A stretch of 64,000 nt of DNA from Gammaproteobacteria bacterium (GCA_965221955.1 CBDCTA010000022.1:126103-190102); one strand, 5' to 3'; shown: positions 20,783 through 31,358, counted from the stretch's first letter. The notes: generated by a model not told the origin, from the sequence alone. Numbers and translations are program-made.

Positions 20783-22033
20783 CTACTCATCTGGAATAAT
20801 TTCGTTCGCTAACAACTGATCGAATGTTTCACGCATTCGAATTAGATGCGCTTGATCTCCATCTACTAAAACTTCTGCAGCACGTAAACGTGAATTGTAA
20901 TTACTCGACATCACCGCTCCGTATGCGCCTGCTGCATAAACAGCGAGAAAACTACCTTCTTGAATTGAGAGCGCGCGTTGCTTACCTAGAAAGTCTCCAG
21001 TTTCACATACAGGTCCTACAACATCATAAACTACAGCATGATCTGTCGTGTATTCTACAGGTGATATGCCATGCCAGGCCGAATACAAAGCAGGACGCAT
21101 AAAATCATTCATTGCTGCATCTACTAGAGCAAAACTCTTATCACGAGTATTTTTAATATGCTCAACGCGCGTTAATAGTAACCCTGCGTCGCCCACAATA
21201 GAGCGACCTGGTTCAATAAATATTTCGATGTTTCTACCTTGCATAAAAGGCGTAAGCACTTCGGCATAATCTGTAGGACTTGGTGGTTGATCATCATCTT
21301 CATATCGGATACCTAAGCCACCTCCCACATCCACATGCGTTAAGTTAATTCCTGCCTCTGCAAGCTGATCCACTAGCTGAAAAACTTTTTCAAAACTGGA
21401 TTGAAATGGACTCAAACTCAAGAGTTGCGAACCAATATGGCAATCCACACCTACGGCTTGTAAATGACTACATGCCTTAATTTGCTTATAGATGTCCAAA
21501 GCTAAATTAATATCGACGCCAAACTTATTTTCTTTTAAACCGGTCGAAATATAAGGATGCGTTGCCGCATCGACATCAGGATTCACGCGTAAGGAAACTT
21601 TTGCCTGGAGATCCATCTCACGAGTAATTGCATCAAGTCGTACAAGCTCGGCAGTCGATTCTATATTGAAGCAATCAATATCCATGATAAGTGCACGACG
21701 AATTTCATCAGATCGCTTGGCCACACCTGAAAAAACCACTTTGCTAGCATCACCACCAGCACGTAGTACGCGCTCTAACTCACCAATGGAAACGATATCA
21801 AAGCCTGAGCCTAACTTTGCTAACAAGTTTAAAATTGCAAGATTCGAATTGGCTTTCACTGCATAACAAATTCGCGACGGCCATTTGCTTAAAGCCGTTT
21901 CAAAAGCTCGATAATTATTTTCGATTGCTGTCCTAGAATACACATAGCATGGAGTGCCGTAAGCATTTGCAAGTTCTTGCAAATTGACCTCTTCAGCATG
22001 CAATACATTATTTCGATATTCAAATACACTCAT
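20783..22033 (-). CDS. lysA: diaminopimelate decarboxylase
   Basis: PLP-lysine motif YAVKANSN, plus GGGLGI and CETGD. I prefer the ATG at 22033; the ORF track starts at TTG 22048. Confidence 0.9.
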   Translation of the reverse strand: MSVFEYRNNVLHAEEVNLQELANAYGTPCYVYSRTAIENNYRAFETALSKWPSRICYAVKANSNLAILNLLAKLGSGFDIVSIGELERVLRAGGDASKVVFSGVAKRSDEIRRALIMDIDCFNIESTAELVRLDAITREMDLQAKVSLRVNPDVDAATHPYISTGLKENKFGVDINLALDIYKQIKACSHLQAVGVDCHIGSQLLSLSPFQSSFEKVFQLVDQLAEAGINLTHVDVGGGLGIRYEDDDQPPSPTDYAEVLTPFMQGRNIEIFIEPGRSIVGDAGLLLTRVEHIKNTRDKSFALVDAAMNDFMRPALYSAWHGISPVEYTTDHAVVYDVVGPVCETGDFLGKQRALSIQEGSFLAVYAAGAYGAVMSSNYNSRLRAAEVLVDGDQAHLIRMRETFDQLLANEIIPDE

Positions 22034-22125
22034 GGCTGCGTATAGCAATAAAATTTAATCGACTATGGATATGAGTTGGCGAAAAAAGTTTCAAAAATCC
22101 CTATTTCTTGGCTTAACCTATGGAA

Positions 22126-22269
22126 TTAATTTTTTGATTTTTCTTTTTTTGATTCGGCTTCTTGAGTTTCGTTTTCTGGCAGGTACAAATCGCCCGTTTG
22201 CCCACAAGCTGCAAGATAGACTGTGGCAAAGATAAAAAATATCAGGAGATAGGGTCTGAAACACATCAT
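22126..22269 (-). CDS. lptM: small lipoprotein LptM/YifL-like
   Basis: Not in the ORF track. The minus strand reads MMCFRPYLLIFFIFATVYLAACGQTGDLYLPENETQEAESKKEKSKN*. It has a lipobox followed by the conserved CGQ.G.LYLP motif and sits directly upstream of lysA, as in other gammaproteobacteria. Confidence 0.7.
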   Translation of the reverse strand: MMCFRPYLLIFFIFATVYLAACGQTGDLYLPENETQEAESKKEKSKN

Positions 22270-22359
22270 GGCTTTACTCTTTAAAATTGGCCGCTATTGT
22301 ATAGGCCATTGAAGCCACAAGAAACCATAGCTGAAAAATAGTCACAGGAGGTTAAAAGC

Positions 22360-23021
22360 ATGTCTCTTGAAAGGATACAAATCGATACTCAGAATGATCC
22401 TGATTGTGCTGTGATTTGGTTACACGGCTTAGGCGCAAATGGTCATGATTTTGAGCCCATTGTCCCAGAATTAAATTTACCTGACTCAATTCGCGCACGC
22501 TTTATCTTCCCCCACGCTCCAGTGCAAGCCGTAAGCTTAAACAATGGAATGCAGATGCCTGCTTGGTATGACATTTACAGCTTGGAGATGAATAGCAAAG
22601 AAGATGAGGCAGGAATCAAAAAAATGACCACTGAAATCCACGCCTTAATAGACCAACAAATCAAAGCAGGTATCGCGGCAGACAAAATTGTTTTAGCTGG
22701 TTTTTCCCAAGGGGGCGCATTGAGTTTACGTACCGTCTTTACATACTCACAGAACCTAGCTGGATTGATGGCATTGTCCTGTTACTTGCCATTGAAAGAA
22801 CAAATTGACGACGATGCTAAACATGCATCACGAGAATTGCCGATTTTTTCGCGCATGGGCGTTATGATGATGTGGTATCTATGGCTTACGCGCAACTTGC
22901 AAAACAAATTTTAGAAGATCAAGGTTTTCGCATTCAATGGCATGAATACTCTTGCGCACACACTGTTTGCGCGGAAGAGATTCAGGATATACGAAAATTT
23001 TTATTAGCTTGCTGGCAATAA
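22360..23021 (+). pseudogene. carboxylesterase/phospholipase family alpha/beta hydrolase, frameshifted in a T-run near 22855
   Basis: Nucleophile elbow LAGFSQGGAL lies in the listed ORF. After CCGATTTTTTCGCG the -1 frame reads PIFFAHGRYDDVVSMAYAQLAKQILEDQGFRIQWHEYSCAHTVCAEEIQDIRKFLLACWQ* (catalytic Asp and His), ending at 23021. Confidence 0.7.
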
Positions 23022-23023
23022 AA

Positions 23024-24418
23024 TCAAGCAAACTCATTCATGCGTTGCTTGGCGAGTTCAATTTGCTCTCTCACTCTAACGGGAGCAGTTCCACCATAAG
23101 TATTTTTCGAGGCGACAGATCCTTCCACAGATAGAACATTAAACACATCATTCGAAATTGAAGGGCTGAATTTTTGCAATTCATCCAAGCTAAGCTCATC
23201 CAGTTTTTTATTTTGCTCAATCGCATACTTGACCGTTTTACCTACCACTTCATGTGCGTCTCGGAATGGCACTTTCTTTTGCACTAAGTAATCCGCTAGA
23301 TCGGTTGCGGTGGCATAACCTTGTTGTGCAGCTTGCAATAGTACCTCTCGATTTACTTTTATGTGCGGCACCATATTGGCAAACGCCACCACACAATCAT
23401 GCACAGTATCCACACTATCAAACAAAGGCTCCTTATCTTCTTGATTGTCTTTGTTATAGGCTAATGGCTGACTTTTCATCAGTGTTAATAAAGCAAACAA
23501 ATTTGCATACACGCGTGCTGACTTACCACGCACCAATTCAGGGACATCGGGATTTTTTTTCTGCGGCATGATTGATGAACCCGTACAAAAGCGATCGGGT
23601 AATTCAATAAAATTAAACTGTGTGGAAGTCCACAATACTAATTCTTCTGCAAAGCGTGACAAATGCGCAAACAAAATTGCACCAAAAGCACAAAACTCAA
23701 TGGCGAAGTCGCGGTCGCTTACTGCATCTAGACTGTTATGACTTGCGGATGCAAAATTTAATTTTTCCACAACGAATTCTCGATCCAGTGCAAAACTGCT
23801 ACCAGCAAGTGCGGCAGAGCCTAAGGGCATGACATTTGTACTCACTCTACATTGTTGCAGACGCATTCGGTCACGCTGAATCATTTCAAACCATGCCAAC
23901 ATATGATGTCCAAAGGTAATTACTTGCGCAACTTGCAAATGCGTAAACCCAGGCATGATGGTATCGCTCTCCTGTTCAGCAATACTAAGAATCGCTAGTT
24001 GCAATGCTTCAAGACGCGCGTCAATGTCATCAATTGCATCGCGTAGATATAAACGCACATCCGTTGCAACTTGATCGTTACGCGATCGCCCGGTGTGAAT
24101 TCTCTTGCCAGCTTCGCCGACCAATTCTGTAAGGCGTGCTTCGATGTTCATATGCACATCTTCTAGATTGGTTTTCCATTCAAATTCACCCGCTTCGATT
24201 TCGATCTCTATCTTATCCAGCGCTTTCAGCAATTCATCACAATCTTTATTACTCAGCACACCAATATGTGCAAGCATTTGAGCATGTGCTCGCGAACCAA
24301 GAATATCTTGTTTAAAAAGTCGTTTATCAAACCGCACAGATGCGTTAAATTGTTCAACAAATTCATCTGTGGCTTCGGTAAAACGACCTCCCCAAAGCTT
24401 TGTATCCTTATCACTCAT
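23024..24418 (-). CDS. argH: argininosuccinate lyase
   Basis: 464 aa with [11 protein letters not shown] and the signature [12 protein letters not shown]. Confidence 0.95.
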   Translation of the reverse strand: MSDKDTKLWGGRFTEATDEFVEQFNASVRFDKRLFKQDILGSRAHAQMLAHIGVLSNKDCDELLKALDKIEIEIEAGEFEWKTNLEDVHMNIEARLTELVGEAGKRIHTGRSRNDQVATDVRLYLRDAIDDIDARLEALQLAILSIAEQESDTIMPGFTHLQVAQVITFGHHMLAWFEMIQRDRMRLQQCRVSTNVMPLGSAALAGSSFALDREFVVEKLNFASASHNSLDAVSDRDFAIEFCAFGAILFAHLSRFAEELVLWTSTQFNFIELPDRFCTGSSIMPQKKNPDVPELVRGKSARVYANLFALLTLMKSQPLAYNKDNQEDKEPLFDSVDTVHDCVVAFANMVPHIKVNREVLLQAAQQGYATATDLADYLVQKKVPFRDAHEVVGKTVKYAIEQNKKLDELSLDELQKFSPSISNDVFNVLSVEGSVASKNTYGGTAPVRVREQIELAKQRMNEFA

Positions 24419-24520
24419 CTTTTTGGTTCATTGCTATAGCTAATAAATCAGGCCCGAAGTATAGCACTAGCTTAGCGCTCTACAGCGAAGCTAGATGAAT
24501 ACAGTTGTTATAGAATAGTC

Positions 24521-25639
24521 ATGGTGGATAAATCACAAACAGATTCAAACAAGAATTCCAAAAGCGAAAGTAATGCTGGTGAACGCACTTTTCTACCAGA
24601 CTTTTGTAATGCGCGAATTATTTTTCTAGCGATATTAATTGCGCAGTTATTATCATTCGTTTTAACCCTCGCAGGTGGAATCTCAAGACCAGACTTTTGG
24701 GTCTATCTTTCTCTAGTTTCATTATTCATAACTTTCATCGCCATCGGCAATATCTTGGTTTTATGTGTCAGCCGGCGGTTTTTACAAAATCTACACCCTG
24801 CAGTGGCTGCGATTAGCTATTACGCACTGAGCTTAAGCATCACTCTAGTGGTATCGGTAGTAGGCATATTAGTCACTCCTTCTGAAGCGCTGTGGGCCGC
24901 TTCGCCTGAAAATGTACAAAGCCTGAGCCTACTGCATATTCTCAGCAGCGACATTTTGATCCGTAATATGGCGATCAGCGCCATCGTTTCAGCTGTGGCA
25001 CTACGCTATTTTTATGTGCTCCACCAGTGGAAGGCAAATATACAAGTAGAAGCACGCTCAAGGATTCAAGCTCTGCAAGCACGGATTCGACCACATTTCT
25101 TATTTAATAGTATGAACACCATTGCCAGCTTAACGCACTCAAACCCTGAAATGGCTGAAAAAGCGGTGGAAGATTTAGCCGATTTATTTCGTGCTTCATT
25201 AGGCCATCAGGACAAGGTGACACTTCAAGAAGAACTTAATTTCACGCGTCGCTACATAAATATGGAAAAACTACGGCTAGGAGACCGCCTTACTATTGAA
25301 TTAAAAATAGAAGAAGGTATAAGCTTAAAGACACAGGTACCAGCCCTAATTCTTCAACCTATAGTAGAAAATGCTATATACCATGGAGTGGAACCCCTCA
25401 CTAAAGGTGGCACAGTTAATATCGACATTACTTCCACTCAGCACGATTTACACTTTACAATTAGCAACCCAGTTGGAGATATAAATATTGACCAAAAACG
25501 TCCTGGCAATAAAATGGCGCAAGAAAACATCAGACAGAGGCTACAATTGGCCTATGGTGATTTCAGTAGAATGGATATCCGCCATGAGCAAGGCTTTTAT
25601 AAGGTTTCATTTAACATTCCTATCGAGGCAGATGTATGA
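24521..25639 (+). CDS. algZ: LytS-type sensor histidine kinase (AlgZ/FimS-like)
   Basis: 372 aa with N-terminal LPDFC, 4 TM segments, and the His-kinase box RPHFLFNSMNTIASL. Sits in the argH/algZ-algR-hemC synteny. Confidence 0.75.
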   Translation: MVDKSQTDSNKNSKSESNAGERTFLPDFCNARIIFLAILIAQLLSFVLTLAGGISRPDFWVYLSLVSLFITFIAIGNILVLCVSRRFLQNLHPAVAAISYYALSLSITLVVSVVGILVTPSEALWAASPENVQSLSLLHILSSDILIRNMAISAIVSAVALRYFYVLHQWKANIQVEARSRIQALQARIRPHFLFNSMNTIASLTHSNPEMAEKAVEDLADLFRASLGHQDKVTLQEELNFTRRYINMEKLRLGDRLTIELKIEEGISLKTQVPALILQPIVENAIYHGVEPLTKGGTVNIDITSTQHDLHFTISNPVGDINIDQKRPGNKMAQENIRQRLQLAYGDFSRMDIRHEQGFYKVSFNIPIEADV

Positions 25640-26367
25640 AAATTTTGATCGTAGATGACGAAGCTCCCGCACGTGATCGTCTAGCACACATGCTAGGCAG
25701 TATTGATGATGTACAAAGTACTGGGGAGGCTACCAATGGCATTGAAGCTGTTGAGATGGTGCAGTCTACTCGCCCAGATGTGGTGTTAATGGATATTCGT
25801 ATGCCCGGCATGGATGGTTTAGAAGCCGCAAGGCATCTAACTGAAATGGATGAGCCTCCTGCGATTATTTTCACCACTGCTTACAGTGAGCATGCCCTAG
25901 AAGCCTTCGACACCTCAGCTGTGGGCTATCTGGTTAAACCAGTACGACAAGAAAAACTAGAAACTTCGATTGCACGTGCGAAGAAACTCACTAAAGCACA
26001 AATTGCAACGCTGAATACCGAAACAGATAGCCAAGGTCGTAGTCACATATGTGCACGTATTCGTGGCAACCTTGAACTCATTCCTGTCGATGAAATTCTT
26101 TATTTCCAAGCGGATCAAAAATACATCACGGTACGTCACCTTGGTGGTGAAGTACTCATTGAAGATGCACTGAAGAATCTTGAAAATGAGTTTGAAGGCA
26201 AACTGATTCGAATTCACCGTAATGCCTTGGTGAGCACGCACTACATTAGTGGCATGGAGAAAAACCAGGATGGCCGTTTTGTAGTCACTTTCCGTGAAAT
26301 TGATGACCGACTTGAAATTAGTCGTAGACACGTTGCGGAAGTACGTAAATTCCTAAAGTCTAGGTAG
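25636..26367 (+). CDS. algR: LytTR-family response regulator (AlgR-like)
   Basis: Receiver domain (ILIVDDE...DIRMPGMDG) plus a LytTR domain (ILYFQADQKYITV). Overlaps the kinase stop by 4 nt. Confidence 0.8.
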   Translation: MKILIVDDEAPARDRLAHMLGSIDDVQSTGEATNGIEAVEMVQSTRPDVVLMDIRMPGMDGLEAARHLTEMDEPPAIIFTTAYSEHALEAFDTSAVGYLVKPVRQEKLETSIARAKKLTKAQIATLNTETDSQGRSHICARIRGNLELIPVDEILYFQADQKYITVRHLGGEVLIEDALKNLENEFEGKLIRIHRNALVSTHYISGMEKNQDGRFVVTFREIDDRLEISRRHVAEVRKFLKSR

Positions 26368-26370
26368 CTG

Positions 26371-26514
26371 GAAGCTCTGATTTGATCTGCCATAACAATT
26401 TAAATGGTCGTTAAAGAATTTTTTTAAAGCGCTCACTTACGAGCTTGTAAACTCCTCATTTAAAAAATTCCTTTGCCTCGTTTCAGACACTGACGCTAAT
26501 CAAATCAAAACTTC
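26371..26514. repeat. 144-bp hairpin-forming element with terminal inverted repeats (MITE/REP-like)
   Basis: The ends GAAGCTCTGATTTGAT and ATCAAATCAAAACTTC are inverted repeats (14/16). A second internal inverted repeat is TAAAGAATTTTTTTAAA / TTTAAAAAATTCCTTTG. The element starts 4 nt after the algR stop. Confidence 0.6.
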
Positions 26515-26573
26515 TTTAATATCTGTTTAGTGCACAATTTCCTTATCTTTTTAAGGCTTCTTTAGCATTTCCA

Positions 26574-27491
26574 ATGAAATTAAGAATCGCAACTCGCAAA
26601 AGTGCTCTTGCACTCTGGCAGGCTGAAGAAGTATCACGTTTATTACGTGAAGCACACGGTAGTGGTCTTGAAATTGAGCTGATCAAAATGACCACCACTG
26701 GCGATCAATTGTTACAAGAGTCACTCGCAACTCAAGGAGGAAAAGGATTATTTGTAAAAGAATTAGAACGTGGCTTACTAGAACATAGTGCGGATATTGC
26801 GGTGCACTCTATGAAAGATGTGCCGATTGAACTTCCTGATTCATTACATTTGCCTGTCATTTTGGAGCGCGCGAACCCATGTGATGCTTTTGTTTCTAAC
26901 ACTTATGATGATTTAGATGCTTTACCTGATAAAGCTATTGTCGGCACTTCTAGCTCACGGCGTGCATGCCAAATTATGGCTTCACACCCACATTTAGAAA
27001 TCAAACTTTTACGCGGTAATGTCAACACACGTTTAGCAAAATTAGATGAGGGGCAGTACGATGCCATAATTCTTGCCGTAGCAGGTTTGCAACGACTTGG
27101 ATTTAATGAACGAATTCGCAAGCAAATTCCTACGGAGATCTCGCTACCGGCTATAGGTCAAGGTGCAATTGGTATTGAATGTCGTGAGAATGATGCAGAA
27201 ATAGAAAAGTTAATTGCACCGCTGAATCACGTTGAAACGAATACTTGTGTAACTGCTGAACGTGCTATTAGCACAAGCTTAGAAGGGGGCTGCCAGCTCC
27301 CTATTGCAGGTTTTGCACAATTTAATAATGATGAACTGTATTTACGCTCTCTAGTAGGTATGCCTGATGGTAGTAAACTAGTACGTAGTGAGTCAAAAGG
27401 TCCTGCATCTCAACCCTTAGAACTAGGTCAGCGTGTTGCAACGGAGTTGAAGAAGTTAGGCGCGGACACAATCCTAGCAGCCTGTTCTTAA
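26574..27491 (+). CDS. hemC: hydroxymethylbilane synthase (porphobilinogen deaminase)
   Basis: 305 aa starting MKLRIATRKSALALWQAEEV. Confidence 0.95.
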   Translation: MKLRIATRKSALALWQAEEVSRLLREAHGSGLEIELIKMTTTGDQLLQESLATQGGKGLFVKELERGLLEHSADIAVHSMKDVPIELPDSLHLPVILERANPCDAFVSNTYDDLDALPDKAIVGTSSSRRACQIMASHPHLEIKLLRGNVNTRLAKLDEGQYDAIILAVAGLQRLGFNERIRKQIPTEISLPAIGQGAIGIECRENDAEIEKLIAPLNHVETNTCVTAERAISTSLEGGCQLPIAGFAQFNNDELYLRSLVGMPDGSKLVRSESKGPASQPLELGQRVATELKKLGADTILAACS

Positions 27492-27573
27492 TATTCTCAT
27501 AATAAATCTATTTAACTATTTTTTCGGTAAGATTAGTCAGCTGTATTGATTCTGCCGAGGTATCCTTTCTTTC

Positions 27574-28353
27574 ATGTCCTCAAATCCTACTCTTGCTGGC
27601 AAAACAATTGTCGTTACAAGACCATTGGCTCAAGCACAGCAACTCATGGAAACATTAGAAGCACAGCTAGCAAAAACTATCCACTTCCCTGTCATTAGGA
27701 TTTGTGAGGCTGAAGACATGGATTCAGCCAAGCACCAGTTTAAAAACTTATCCAAATTTCAAACCATTATTTTTATTAGTGCGAATGCAGTCCACTATGC
27801 GGTTCCTTTAATAAAAGAATCAGATGTGAAGCTTGAAAACTGTAATTTGGCTGCGGTAGGACCCGCAACGAAACTGGCACTAGAAAGTTACGGCTACCAG
27901 GTGGGTATCGTTCCAGAAACAGGATTTAGCAGCGAAGCATTATTAGCAGATTCCAGTCTAGAAAAAATCTCCGCACGAAATATTCTTATTGTACGAGGAC
28001 AAGGTGGGCGCGAACATTTACGTCAAACCCTAGAATCACGTGATGCTTATGTGGAGTATGCAGAGGTCTATCAGCGCCAGTTACCTGAAAACCGTAATCC
28101 AATGGATTTAAGCCAATTAGCTGCTCGCGAATGTGCAGTTCTTTTATATAGTATAGAGTCTGCACAAAATTTATGGTCACTTTGCACACAAGACGAACAA
28201 CAATGGTTGCAAAACGTTACATTTATTATCGCGAGTGAACGTATTGCTGAAGCTTGTACTAGGGCTGGGTATACAAATAATCCTATAATAGCGGAAAACC
28301 CAAGTGATCAAGCAATGCTGGGTGCACTGATGAACTGGTCTATAAGCCAGTAA
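27574..28353 (+). CDS. hemD: uroporphyrinogen-III synthase
   Basis: 259 aa immediately after hemC, with the HemD-like pattern (..VTRP...A..L...L). Confidence 0.8.
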   Translation: MSSNPTLAGKTIVVTRPLAQAQQLMETLEAQLAKTIHFPVIRICEAEDMDSAKHQFKNLSKFQTIIFISANAVHYAVPLIKESDVKLENCNLAAVGPATKLALESYGYQVGIVPETGFSSEALLADSSLEKISARNILIVRGQGGREHLRQTLESRDAYVEYAEVYQRQLPENRNPMDLSQLAARECAVLLYSIESAQNLWSLCTQDEQQWLQNVTFIIASERIAEACTRAGYTNNPIIAENPSDQAMLGALMNWSISQ

Positions 28354-28411
28354 ACATTCCAGTACGTCTCTCAGGGGATGCAACAATTATAAGTAATTTG
28401 AGAAATCGACT

Positions 28412-29500
28412 ATGTCAAACAAACAACAAAACACGGAATCTACAGCAAAAAGCACTTCACAAAAAAGTTCTGGAGGGTTTGGTCGTTTTTTTATTGCCCT
28501 GCTTGCCTTACTCGCATTTCTACTTTCAGGAGCTGGAATCGCACTAGGTTATAAAGCTTGGTTAGATATGAATAAGCGTATCGATCAAGCTGGAGTTGAT
28601 CGCCAATCGATTGCTCATGAAGTCGCAACAATAGATGAAAGCATCAAATTACAAAATTTTAAACAACAAGTTGAAAGTAACGTTAGCGAAATCAAACAGC
28701 AAGTTAGTAGTTTAGAGGAAAAAATTCAACAGCAAGCAGATGCACAACAAGACATCAGCTTAACTTCTCAAGAAACACTAGCAATTGTTAACCGCAGCCA
28801 ACTTGGCTGGGGATTAAAAGAAGTTGAACATATATTGCGTATGGCCAATCACCGTTTACGCATTGAAAGAGACGTTGCCGGTAGTATTACAGCATTGAAT
28901 GCTGCTGATAAACGTTTACATGAGTTAAAAGATCCTCGCTTACTTCCAGTGAGAGAATCCATCTCTAAACAAATTGGTAAATTAAAAAACTTTCCTTATC
29001 CAGACTGGGTGGGAATTAGCTTACAGCTCGACAACATGCTTGCTGGACTCAAACAAAATGTCATCAAAAAAGCGAAGCAGTCACAAGATAGCATGTCTGA
29101 AAAAGATACTGAAAAAACCAGTGCTAAAGATATTAGCGGCTGGGGAAAGCTAGTAGAAGGCGTTAAAAACACAATCAATGACTCAATTAAAGTTACTAAA
29201 GAAGAACAGAAATTAAAATTGTTTATTAGCCAACAAGAAAGTGAGCACGCCTATGAGTTTTTGCGAGGTAAATTGCTCAGTGCTAAATATGCTGTTGCTA
29301 GTCGTGATGACGAATCCTTCCACCGCGAGTTAGAAGCTGCACTCTCATGGTTGGAGTCTGACGATACTCTAAGAGGTAAAAAAGAAATAATAGATGATAT
29401 TACTGAGCTAAATGACATTAATTTAGAGCCAGAATTACCTAACATCACCGAAGCCAATACATTGTTACAAGAAATTTCAACAAGTATTGGTAATAGTTAA
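28412..29500 (+). CDS. hemX: HemX-like membrane protein (uroporphyrinogen-III C-methyltransferase-like annotation family)
   Basis: 362 aa with an N-terminal TM segment and a Q-rich coiled coil. Position hemD-hemX-hemY. Confidence 0.7.
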   Translation: MSNKQQNTESTAKSTSQKSSGGFGRFFIALLALLAFLLSGAGIALGYKAWLDMNKRIDQAGVDRQSIAHEVATIDESIKLQNFKQQVESNVSEIKQQVSSLEEKIQQQADAQQDISLTSQETLAIVNRSQLGWGLKEVEHILRMANHRLRIERDVAGSITALNAADKRLHELKDPRLLPVRESISKQIGKLKNFPYPDWVGISLQLDNMLAGLKQNVIKKAKQSQDSMSEKDTEKTSAKDISGWGKLVEGVKNTINDSIKVTKEEQKLKLFISQQESEHAYEFLRGKLLSAKYAVASRDDESFHRELEAALSWLESDDTLRGKKEIIDDITELNDINLEPELPNITEANTLLQEISTSIGNS

Positions 29501-29514
29501 GTAGAGATACAAAA

Positions 29515-30690
29515 ATGATACGCACTTTATTAGTTTTTATTTTTTTCCTTGTAGTATTTACGCTCGCTGTTTTCCTTGCAATGAAGGAACCTGGGTTTGC
29601 AAGTTTTAGCTATGGTGATTCGGAGTACACAATTCGTTTAGTTGATTTTGTAATTGGTTTATTCATTCTTATTCCAATTTTATATATTTTCTACAAGCTA
29701 ATTAGTCTTTTATTTAATGCTCCAAAATTTATTCATAACAAAGTGGATAAACGGCGCCAAGCAAAAGCTCTACATGATACTCAACAGGGTTTAACAAAAT
29801 ATATACAAGGTGATTGGGAACAATCTGAAAAACTATTGTTACGTAGTGCAGAAAATTCTGAATCTGCAATGGTTAATTACATTTGGGCTGCACGGGCAGC
29901 ACACAAACGCGGTGATTTTTCCGAACGTGATATGCACCTCGCAGCCGCGAAAAAAATTAATCCTGATGAAACTTCAGCACTAGAAGTTTTACAAGCCGAA
30001 TTTTCTTTAGAGCAACAAATGCCTGAACAAGCTTTGGCGAGTTTAAGTAAACACAGTAATGCGATTCGCTCCAATTCTAAAATTGCAGCTTTGTTTGCTA
30101 ATGCTTATGAACAACTTAAAGACTGGGATAAGTTAGCTGGAATTATCCCGGAATTAAAAAATAGCAAAAACTTAGATCGACAAAGCTACAGCCATATTGA
30201 AAAACAAGCACTCAAGGGCTTGCTTAGAAATGATCAAAATAGCGCTGAAGAGCTCGGAATGAAATTTAAAGATTCAATTCTTGCCGATAAGCAATTAACT
30301 GTAGATTATGTTTCTGCATTACGTCGACAAGCTAAACACGAACTAGCCGAAAGCGTAGCTGCCAATAGTTTAAATGAAAACTGGTGTTCAGAATTGGTGC
30401 ATGAATATGGATTGATTGAATTTAAAGACCCAGCTGCTGCCTTAACTAAAGCCGAAAAATGGGCTGAAAAACATACTGATGATGCAAATCTCTATCTAAG
30501 TTTAGGGCGTATTTGTAAAAAAGCCCAACTTTGGGGTAAAGCTAAGGCTTATTTTGAGTCTAGCTTGAGCCGTAAACCCCTTGCAGAAACATATGCTGAA
30601 CTTGCCGCTTTACATGAACAACTTGATGAAATAGAAGATGCTCATCGTTGCACAAAAAAAGGGCTAAAAATCGCCACACACCGCGTTTAG
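29515..30690 (+). CDS. hemY: HemY-like protein (TPR, membrane anchored)
   Basis: 391 aa with two N-terminal TM helices followed by TPR-like repeats. It is the last gene of the hemCDXY block. Confidence 0.7.
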   Translation: MIRTLLVFIFFLVVFTLAVFLAMKEPGFASFSYGDSEYTIRLVDFVIGLFILIPILYIFYKLISLLFNAPKFIHNKVDKRRQAKALHDTQQGLTKYIQGDWEQSEKLLLRSAENSESAMVNYIWAARAAHKRGDFSERDMHLAAAKKINPDETSALEVLQAEFSLEQQMPEQALASLSKHSNAIRSNSKIAALFANAYEQLKDWDKLAGIIPELKNSKNLDRQSYSHIEKQALKGLLRNDQNSAEELGMKFKDSILADKQLTVDYVSALRRQAKHELAESVAANSLNENWCSELVHEYGLIEFKDPAAALTKAEKWAEKHTDDANLYLSLGRICKKAQLWGKAKAYFESSLSRKPLAETYAELAALHEQLDEIEDAHRCTKKGLKIATHRV

Positions 30691-30859
30691 TTTTCTTAGC
30701 ATTCTCTTTCCTATTTAAATGCAGTGACCAGAAATTGTCGCTGTGTGATTGTTATTATTTGTCTAGATTTACTTGAATAATTCGCTAAGCTTAAGTATTT
30801 TGAGCTTATCAATTAAAAATTTACCTCTAGTAAAATAGTAAAAAATTTTCACGCCAATC

Positions 30860-31348
30860 ATGTCATTACGCATTCTATCAGCATTCATCGTATTGTTTTG
30901 TTTGTGGCTACTTTTATCAGGGCACTATGGGCCTTTGCTATTATCATTAGGTGCAGTAAGTTGTTTATTTATTGCGTGGGTGTCGGATAAATTTGGTTTA
31001 TTCAGCAGTGACTTTTCGACATTAAAATTGAATCTTAAGCTTCCTACCTTTTTGCCGTGGTTCTTTGTAGAAATCGTTAAATCAAACATTGATGTTAGCT
31101 GGAGAATTTTGCACCCAAAACTTCCTATTGAACCTAATTTTATAACTATTGACGCATCGAAACACAGCGACCTTGCAACTGCAGTATATGCAAATTGCAT
31201 CACGCTTACCCCTGGGACATATAGTTTTGATGTTGACGATAATATTATTGAAGCTCACGCATTGACCAATCAAATTGCACAAGATTTGCAATCAGGCAAA
31301 ATGGGCAAACGCATCTCCGCGTTAGAATCGACCCCCCTTAATAAATAA
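30860..31348 (+). CDS. mrpE: Mrp/Mnh-type cation:proton antiporter subunit E
   Basis: 162 aa with two N-terminal TM helices. First gene of a tightly packed mrp-like operon. Confidence 0.65.
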   Translation: MSLRILSAFIVLFCLWLLLSGHYGPLLLSLGAVSCLFIAWVSDKFGLFSSDFSTLKLNLKLPTFLPWFFVEIVKSNIDVSWRILHPKLPIEPNFITIDASKHSDLATAVYANCITLTPGTYSFDVDDNIIEAHALTNQIAQDLQSGKMGKRISALESTPLNK

Positions 31349-31358
31349 GTAACAATAA

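Noticed and set aside
24455-24500. Inverted repeat CTAGCTTAGCG...CGAAGCTAG between argH and algZ as a regulatory operator
   Set aside because: It is short and imperfect, with no second copy or known consensus I can match. I do not have enough evidence to call it a site.
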